Shown: in pieces, positions 13,440 to 64,000 of the stretch
Numbering within the stretch: position 1 is the first letter of the stretch
Layout: each line of letters begins with the position of its first letter
From: Chrysomallon squamiferum
Taxonomy: Eukaryota > Animalia > Mollusca
Reading direction: 5' to 3'
Assembly: GCA_012295275.1 (NCBI GenBank)
Contig: CM022679.1
Span: 6,200,001-6,264,000 of the forward strand
DNA length: 64,000 nt
Made by a program: the position numbers and the translations under genes
Notes under the pieces: generated by a model
What the model was told of the DNA's origin: nothing
What the model saw: the letters and a program-made list of their open reading frames with translations, nothing else
Database searches by the model: none

Positions 13440-14305
13440 GAGCTGAAATGAACAAATGAAATAAAATTAAGTTTAATAAACAAACAAATAATAAAATAAA
13501 AATATTATAATCATTATTAAAAAATATATTAATTGCATTTGACACATAACAGATAACAGTACCAAATTTACCATTTTTACTCGTAGGCAACATCGATTAA
13601 TGCGTTTTTACAATTCAATGTTATTTATTAATGTATACAGGAAAGATTGGTTAAATATGTAATTGAACTTGTTTATTCGTTGGTTGTTAGTTGTACATTT
13701 TAAACTAAATTAAACTTTCAAATTTTAAAGAATACCAAAGCAACAGTAATACATTAAATAACTAACTTAATAAGACAAAATCAGCGAACAGATTGAGCCT
13801 GAAACTATTAGTATTACTATTACTAATAGTATTACTAGTATTACTCAGTTTACTGTTACACTTACAGTGTTAGTATTATAACATTTTATGTAATTTAATT
13901 TTAAAATCTGGTACTTACAAATCCTATAATTACGTCGTTTAATAACACGTTCACAAAATTACAATAACATTGAGTCTTAACTAAATTAAATATACAATAC
14001 TGATAAATGCCGTAGAGTTAAAGAAAAAAGACGATGATTTTATTCTTTCAATCTACATGGTTTGTGATCTACGTCACAGAAATATGTGATCCTTCTGCAG
14101 ACGGAAGCTATTGGAAAGGATGCCGTGTTATTAATATCATAGGAGGCTATAAACACCATAGACGTAAACGAAAAGAAAAAGAAGAGATAAATGCAACATG
14201 AACATAATTCATTTTTGTGGGCGATCAAAATATTTGAACAATAAATATTCAGTTTTCTGTTTCTAATAATAAGACTTATCGATTAATATCAATTATTATT
14301 ATTAC

Positions 14306-14354
<49 letters not shown>

Positions 14355-15040
14355 TTATTATGATTAATATAAGTTCAGTATAATTGCTAGTATGCAAATG
14401 GACACTATTTAATAAGACCGACTGAAAAAAATTAGTTTCTCCGATATATATATATATATATATTTTTTATTTTTTATTTATGTACTAATATACTTACTAT
14501 TTAAGGATTTTGTCCACTAAAAAGTTTACTAGCTTAAATCGATGAAAAATCATATTTATCAAGACTTATATATTACTGTCATAGTCGTGATCTGTACATA
14601 AAACAATAAGTTTATTTTAATTGTAAGTTGGGTTTCTACTTTTCACTTCCACTAATCATCATCATCATCGTCATTATTATTGTTGTTGTTGTTGTCGCCG
14701 TCGTCGTCGTTGTTAATTTTATTTTTTATTCTTTTCTATAATTTGTTTCTTGTATTTATATGGTAATATGATGTTATTTTATTTACATATTCATTTTAGT
14801 TTTACTCAAATAATGTGATGTTTACAGTCTAGATCTTCTACCTGATGTTGGGTATAAGCTTGATCGTTTAAATGTGTTGCTGCACATGCATGTGGGCTAC
14901 TCTACGTACGACTCTTTTCACTTAAATTATTATAAATATTGTTTTATATTTAACTATTTATTTATTTATTTGTTTAATATATTAGGAATGTGATTTATCT
15001 GATTCAGAATAGTATAGTTTAATTTACTTCAATTTCATTT

Positions 15041-15071
<31 letters not shown>

Positions 15072-15232
15072 TTTTAACTGGTATTTGATTCATTTAATTT
15101 AATTTGCTTTGAATCTATATAATTATTTGTTTGTTTCTTTGTTGGACTGCTAAGAACTCTAATTTAATTTAACACTTCTTATTTTTCCATGAAATACTAT
15201 TGTTTCAATTAGTTTTATTTAATTTTATTTTG

Positions 15233-15358
15233 TTTTACGTTCCGTATCTTTGGTGAACAGTCCTCGAGAATTCAGTTTTCAAATGGGGGAGTCATCACTC
15301 ACCACTGTCTCTGCGTTCATTCCAGCGGGACTGTTCACCAAAGATACAGGACATAAAA
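15233..15358. repeat. Inverted repeat (31-bp arms, 20 bp perfect), MITE-like
   Basis: TTTTACGTTCCGTATCTTTGGTGAACAGTCC ... GGACTGTTCACCAAAGATACAGGACATAAAA; 3 transition mismatches; 64-nt spacer. Confidence 0.8.
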
Positions 15359-15610
15359 TAAATATCAAGTAATCCATGTAGTATTATCCCCAAAAATAAA
15401 TTTTTAAAGTGTTGACAACATTATAATCGCAGAATGTATTAATTTGATTATGAAAATGATGATAATAAATAGATAAATAGATAAATACATAAATAAATAA
15501 ATAGTCCTCATATATGAAAGAGGAAAAAATATATAAACTTACGTATAGATTAAGAAAAGGAAAAAGAACAACAAACCAGCAAACAAAAAAAAAAAAAAAA
15601 AAAAAAAAAA

Positions 15611-15642
<32 letters not shown>

Positions 15643-15680
15643 CAACAACAAAAGCTATATATCTATCAATATTGGAAAAA

Positions 15681-15731
<51 letters not shown>

Positions 15732-16037
15732 TATATAAAATAAAATAAAATAAAATAAAATAAATATTAAACCAGGAAAATGTTATCTACAAAAAAAAAA
15801 AAAAAAAAAAAAATTATAATAAAATTAAAAACTAATTAAATACTACTACTACTAAAAAAATCCATAATAGTTAGATAAACAATAAATATAAAAAGAGGAA
15901 CAAAGAAACACATTAATAAAGTAAATAAAATTAAATAAATAAAATTCAAATTGAAATAAAATTGAAATAAAATAAAATGAAACAAAACAGAACAAAAATA
16001 AATAAATTAATTAAAGCACTCACATGGCTAACTGTAC

Positions 16038-16073
<36 letters not shown>

Positions 16074-16152
16074 TAATAATAAAACAAAATACAATACAGT
16101 AAAATAAAATAACTTTTGCTGTTGATATTATAACGCAGAGTGTCCTTCGTTT

Positions 16153-16218
<66 letters not shown>

Positions 16219-17922
16219 AGGGGAAGGATGGATTTGATGATGATAATGATAATAATAATAAAAATAGTAAATTAATTAATGTATGAATTTATTATCAAAT
16301 TATAGTGATATATCAAAGAGGAAAAAGTAGATAAAATATAGATTAAGTAAAAAACAACAAAAGTAACAGCAAATATCTTTGATCACAGTTTATTTGGTTG
16401 ACTTAAAATACAGCGAAAGAGGTTCTAGTAACCTCGCTTTAGTCGTAAGCATGCTTGCTCTCTGTGGGTATTCATTCGCAACCTTGAATTTACGTGGTAG
16501 TGATGGCAACCTCAACATGATATAGTAATAAACAACAGTTAATCATATTTGTCACTCAATGATTAAATTTTAGAAAAAAAAAAGAAAAAAGTTTAACACC
16601 AAACGAAACACCCTTTTGAATAATATTTTTTTTCTCTAAATATCTACACTGAGAACACTCCAAACTTTGAAAAAATGTACATTTCATATATAGAGATAAG
16701 AAACACTAAAAATCAACAACAAAATGTTTGAGCATGCTCAATGCTCGAAGCGTTACAAAAGTTAGTTAGCAAACTGGAACTCTTTTTTATTACCTCCTCA
16801 TTTCTCTGAATCAGCAATTGTTGGTATGTACTTCACACAACTATTTTATTTTCATTTGCTCATTTTCTCAGCTTTTATTTTTGTTTTCTTTTGTTCAAAC
16901 GGGCTTAGTAACTACTAATATTATATGAAAGGGGGAAGACAAGTGAAAACTCCTAACAACAATCTTAGTTAAATATGTAGTTATCGCCCTTCCTACGATG
17001 AGTTTGTCGCATTTCAGAGATGATTTAATTTTCATTTTGGTAATTTTTTAATGTGGGTTTGTTAAATGCAGTCTTAATGAATATAATAAATATGAAATGA
17101 ATTATAGCGTTAATAATAAATACACTGTTAATAAATCTGTAATTAGCAAACGTTTGCCCGGTTCTTTCAGGTACATTTAGATATAACATTTCTATGCATT
17201 CGTTTCTTTTATCTATTCTTTTAACTTTCTTTTCCTCACGATCGGTTTAGGAATGCATGACATTTTTGTTTTTGGCATTTTATCTTTTAAATAAATTATT
17301 TTATGTTTACAAATAAAATAATTTAATAATAATTAATAATACTTTAGATGGATTACTAATCTAAAAATAAAAAGAGTACGAAGTTGCTGAAAACATTAGA
17401 TATTAACAACTCGAACCTCATATAAACTCGAAACATTCGAAATAACAGACAACCAAAATGGGTAGTTTTGAGGACAACACTATAATACTGGGATTTACAA
17501 AATCTAACAATATTGCACAATTTTCGCGTCCTCGGCCCAAGAAATAACTTATTAAATTAAGGGAGAATAAGTTACATGAAACACCAAGCATAATTCATAA
17601 AATCAAAAAATATGGAAATAAATAAATAGGAAAGAGTTGTTTACTCTGTAGCAGGCCCTATGATATTACATTATGTATAATTCGGAAAGCATCGGACGTG
17701 TTCGTAGGTGCTCATAAAACAACACTCATAGTTACGAACATAACCGAGAGCATCCGAACCAAAAATTGTTGTTCGGGTCATGTTCATCAGCTCTATAAAT
17801 TTCTCATTTTATAATCAAAATAATTGTTAAGGCAAAACTTTTACAGCAGTATTATCAGACTCATACACCTTAATGAACGTTGTTATTTTTACACAGCACA
17901 TTAAATGTTATAATTAGACTGC

Positions 17923-42414
<24,492 letters not shown>

Positions 42415-43270
42415 TTTGCCTTCTCTACGCCATCACGTTACCAGCAGACGACACCCGGTCCAGCATGGAGGGCGAAAACAGAAAAGCGCGAGAGCTCGAG
42501 GAAATCCCTTCAAAACGAGGCGCGTTTTCGCATGGGTAATGGAATCCCACGTATGCAAATAGCTTCTGATGGAAGATGCCAAGTTGCTAGGTAGCCAAAT
42601 GTATTACAGAACTGACGTACGTGCATAGGTGTATCGGGTTTCGTTGTTATCTCTAGTACCCATGCCTCATCCCCATTTCCAATTAAGACACTACAGTCTG
42701 CAGCGAAACTGAAAGCTTGCCCTTAGCTGTACGTATGTGTACGCTAAATGTGTAAGACAAGCGGTAAGACTTAAAGTGTTAGTAAATAGGTAATTACAAC
42801 AAATTTTATTATCATAACATACCTGAAAACTACTGGTACCACTGTCTGAAAACTTGTAACATTACCGTGTACGATTTTGTATCGTCTTTGAAAACTTTTC
42901 TTGAAGGCTGAGTTAAATATAATACAGCCGCCTTCACTTTCTCTCACCTGGCCAGATGAAGATAACCTATACCAGATCTGTTAAAAGAATTCTTTAAAGC
43001 TATCTCTACCGCCTACGCTATTCATTGCTTCAAAGATTCATTTCAAAACACAGTTTGACTTCATATTCAGTAACGTATTATATTTAATGGCAAAACCAGA
43101 TATCAGCGGGATAAATAAATATAAAGCTAAATAATGAAATGATTAATTAATGGATTAATAATGGACTTAATGAACGAATTAACACTAAAAAGTATCTAAA
43201 TTAAAGTACCTGTGTGTGTGTGTGTGTGGATTTATTAGTGATATTCGCTCTATATATATCCGAAACAAAT

Positions 43271-43351
43271 TGTAGCTCAGTAGTTAGGGGACTATATATA
43301 GTTTGACGGATTGCAAAAAAAACACAACTGGTTTATCAAAGGTCATGATAT
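43271..43351 (+). mobile_element. Degraded SINE remnant (A-box plus Meta-SINE-like core)
   Basis: TGTAGCTCAGTAGTTAG, then CACAACTGGTTTATCAAAGGTCATGATAT, which shares TATCAAAGGT with the 60101-60162 copy. Confidence 0.4.
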
Positions 43352-43554
43352 TTATTTTTGTTTGCGTGATAAGATGAGTGTAAATAAATCCATCTATTAC
43401 AACGATTGAGACCTATAAGCAGTGTTTTGTCCTTGATGTGTGTGTGCGTCGTGTGTGTTTGTATGCGTGTATATGTATGTATGTACATATATCTGTGAAT
43501 TTGTATCAGTGAAACCATAAAAATAACGTAATTTAGCATAGCTTTGGATAGCAT

Positions 43555-43730
43555 ATCATAACATGACATAACATAACAATATATCATCATATGCCATGGT
43601 GTGAAATAACGTAACGTAATATGACGTCAACGTAACGCAACGCGACGTAACATAACGCAAAATAACATGAAAAACATAAAATAACGTAGCGTAGCCTCAC
43701 ATAACGTAACGTTAGGTTACATAGCATAAA
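43555..43730. repeat. Degenerate pentanucleotide repeat (CATAA/CGTAA/CGCAA)n
   Basis: Read directly; lies between the divergent PDZ genes. Confidence 0.7.
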
Positions 43731-44034
43731 GTACTGTAATATATTTGGTTACTTCGAATTATTCTGTGTGTATGTTTCCTAAGATCTGTGTTAAGAATTC
43801 AGAAATAAAACAGAGCAAGGAAGCGAACAATTCCTTACATAAAATAAACAGATTTCCTCTGATCACATTCAGCTGATACAGGTGTGTAACTAGCACAGTT
43901 TGTTACAGGTGAGATTAAAATAGGTTTGCTGGAATCGAAAGCGTTGTAGTTAGCCAGCATGATTTATTAACATACACACATGTATAAAGTCAAAAGTGTG
44001 TTTGCATATTGTGTATGGGTATCTATATGAATGT

Positions 44035-44082
<48 letters not shown>

Positions 44083-45076
44083 ATGTGTATATGTATTATA
44101 TATATATATAACAATTAATGGTAATACATAAATAAAACGCCACATTATTCTATATTTCATTTAAAGAAAAAAAATTGTACTTGGTAGGTGAAATTTTTCA
44201 TTAATTTGAGAACAAATTATTAAATAAAACACGTTAATCACAGTGGAAACAGCGAAACATACATATCAATTTATACTAAAAATACACAATATACTTTTTG
44301 AAAATCATTTTCTTATGAAGATTTATAAAATAATATATATAGAATGAAGAAAATACATTACCAATAATTATAATAATAATGATGATGATGATGATTGTGA
44401 TGAATATTATGATTTATGTTAATAATAAACTGAAAATGGTAAGAAAATTTACGTTGTCTATTTCTAGCATTTTGTTTCCAGATTAAAATATGATAGTGTA
44501 ATTGATGCCTCTTTCTGAACATTAATTTCGAGCTTTGCTTCACCTGTAGAGTTTCACAAATGCATGAAGAAAAACATATTAAAATGTAATATATTATTTT
44601 ATGTTTAACTAAATAAAAGTCTAAAATAAATTCTGTTCGTGGTGGATAGACGACGGTTTCATTCTTTAGGGGAGATAACTTAGTATTCATTTTGATGGAA
44701 GCATTCGTAATTAAGGTTCTTGTTTTATTTCTTGAAATAACATTCTGAACAAGGCAATAGTACTAATAATATAATAAAGACATGAAAATAATGCAGCGAA
44801 ATCGAAGGGAAATAACTACAGTCAATTAGTCGTGATAACGTTTTACAAAATTACGATTCCTGGATTTCACTCACAATTTGTGCATGTTTAATCTGAATTC
44901 TGTTTAATAACTATTTTCTCTAGGCATTTCTAAAGACGATGGTTTACCGAAGCGAAACCATTATTTCGCAAGAACTGGGACACCACTTTTAATAATTATA
45001 TTAATATGCGAGTAGATAATGTTCAAGATGAACAGGTTGTATTACAAATTATAATAATAATAAGAAGAAGAAGACA

Positions 45077-45197
<121 letters not shown>

Positions 45198-46286
45198 TAC
45201 ATGTTTAAGATTTAAATTAGGAATAGTGAAATACTGCATCTCTTGATAATAATCTAAACGCCAACATAATATTCAGTCACTGATTAACTGGTGATATTAT
45301 TATTCAACGTATAATTATATGTTTTAGACAAGTGATCTCGTCTCATAACTTTCGATCTTTTAAATGTTTTGGTTTAATAAATGAACGTGTAATGTATTTA
45401 AATGTGAAATAGCTGCTGTCGGCGATGACGCAACAAAACTAGCAGTTATAAAGATAACGGTGTTGGTGGTGATGATCATGATGATAAGTTCTTATATGCG
45501 TTTTTTCTTATTAATTATATGTTTTCTTTCTGTTTCTTCTTCTTTTTCTCCTCCTCCATCGTCATTATCGCCGTCTTTTTTCTGTGTTTACATAATGTAA
45601 CCTTGTTGTAACTGAGTAAATTAAACATCTTCATGATTTTCCACTGAAGCGAAGCCACTACATGCCTTTACACACTCAACAGTAACATATTCTTTCTCTC
45701 TATGTTCATATCAACAATATTTTTAGTATTAGTCATCGTTAAATTGCACCCGCTATGTAGAGGTCAAAAGGTGCAATCTATCACAAACATGTATATCCGA
45801 TCATTTTAACTAAGGCTAATAATTTACAGTAGAAAAAAGTGAGAAAACTGACACCGAATTATACTCTATTATGAAATTTCACCAAAACTATTTCCTCCTT
45901 GAAAAGTGCATTGACGCGTAACTGTCTCAGGATTGGTCACGTGGTGTTTGGTGAGTTTCCGATTTCATTAAAAATATGTATACTTACGAATGGATAATAC
46001 AAGTTTTTATTTCAGTTTAAACTTAAAAGATAAAGATTAGCGTGAGAAATATTTTGAAGATCGCAGAATTAAGATGAAGGTAAAAGAATCGAGTGAAAAA
46101 GTCCCGGTTGAAAATGAAATTAATGTGAGTATTATAATATTATTATTTAATGTATATTCGTGTGATAAATGTATGTAACGACAGTCCGTTTCAATGTATG
46201 TTAAGCTATTAAAATATTTATTAAGTTTTTGACAGGACGTTTTATGCAGCTACTGATATTTTAATTTGTGTGCGCATACGTGCATC

Positions 46287-46289
<3 letters not shown>

Positions 46290-46360
<71 letters not shown>

Positions 46361-46395
46361 TACATACATACATATATACATACATACATACATAC
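46290..46395. repeat. (CA)n/(CATA)n compound microsatellite
   Basis: Read directly. Confidence 0.93.
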
Positions 46396-47115
46396 ATTAC
46401 ATATTAGAAAACTTTTGTCCTGAATGAAATGTGGGGGCAGGATGTACGTGTGTGTACCTAACAGCTTTTTTGCTGCAGTTAAAAACCTGTTTTATAACTA
46501 CATGTATTGAATAATATGCATATAAAACAACACCTTATATACGAAAAATATAAATAAATATGAATTAGCTAATAAAAATGCAATTGTAAAATACATGTCT
46601 ATGGTATTATTTAACATAAATAGATTTTTGTATATAACGCATACAGTTGATAAATCATTAATATAATACAAATTACATGCTGTAGCTAAACATCGAACTT
46701 TAAAACTTTATATATATATATATATATAATTATATATTTATATATATTTATAATTTGGTATCTATTTTATTTATTTAAGAAATGATTTATGCAGTTTTAA
46801 CTTTAAAAGATTATTATATTTTTGTATTTATTTATTTGATGAGTGATTTGCTGCAGACCTGTTTAATTTTTCACTCGACACAAACGCATATACAGTAGCT
46901 GTATTAATGATTACCGCTCGGTTTTTAAAAAATAAATAAATAAATACGTAACAAATTCTTGTATTATATACATCATCCTCAATTGCCAGAGACACCGCAG
47001 GAAGAAGAAACTCTTCTGTTAATTAATTTCTGTGAGCCGTAGAGGTAAATAATAACTCACTTTCCCAGTAAGCTGGCTGGATCAAGTTTCTTCTGCTTTT
47101 CAAGAAGGCAGACGA

Positions 47116-47227
47116 CATAGGTGGCGCTATCTCCTGGGCTCACTCAGTTCACTCTTGTACACCCCCGGGACTCGCCGGGTGGGTTGGAGATCGTTTTAAA
47201 ACAACAACACAGGCAGTAACGGTCATG
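47116..47227 (+). promoter_or_regulatory. Probable core promoter and first exon of gene B: CTCF-like motif, Inr, exon ending ATG|gtaagt
   Basis: CATAGGTGGCGCTA at 47116-47129; TCAGTT initiator at 47144-47149; consensus donor at 47228; GC-rich island. Confidence 0.5.
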
Positions 47228-47387
47228 GTAAGTTAGAGAAAAGCAAGGTTTGTTGGCATGGTAACGAAATTATCTAAATTTAGACAACAGGAACATCTTT
47301 TTCGCTCCCTCTCTTTCTCATCAGTTGAATGTACGCCTTCCATCTTATTTCTAGGAGCAGAAGCACGGAGTGGGGAGAGTTCTAACC

Positions 47388-64000
<16,613 letters not shown>

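Noticed and set aside
16447-16741. Palindromes AAGCATGCTT and TTGAGCATGCTCAA as p53 sites
   Set aside because: Isolated half-sites ~280 bp apart, downstream of gene A; insufficient evidence.
45930-45945. GATTGGTCACGTGG as an ERSE-II or USF element
   Set aside because: Imperfect match, single occurrence and no supporting context.

Overview
AT-rich, microsatellite-dense animal genomic DNA with spliceosomal introns. It is probably a mollusc; this is an inference from the SINE remnants and base composition. Four protein-coding genes were reconstructed by hand from splice sites and reading-frame continuity. (1) A secreted, probably GPI-anchored leucine-rich-repeat protein with an intronless CDS (+, 1364-2959). 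(2) INTS15/C7orf26, Integrator subunit 15 (-, 6 coding exons, 386 aa). (3) A complete LIM-less Zasp/ALP-Enigma-type gene with a PDZ domain and two ZM motifs (-, 7 coding exons, 42414-17923, 602 aa), which needs a GC-AG intron and has a candidate hidden 54-nt cassette exon. (4) A second Zasp-type PDZ paralog (+), head-to-head with (3) about 5 kb away, with the same PDZ exon structure; its PDZ is followed by a long Ser/Tyr/Gln/Pro-rich region with RSQSREYQ repeats that runs off the window end. Most short ORFs in the track are microsatellite or antisense artefacts, and the track misses several real exons. The most notable system is the divergent pair of Z-disc PDZ paralogs with its shared intergenic region and possible isoform switches. 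No database searches were run; family assignments rest on recognised motifs.
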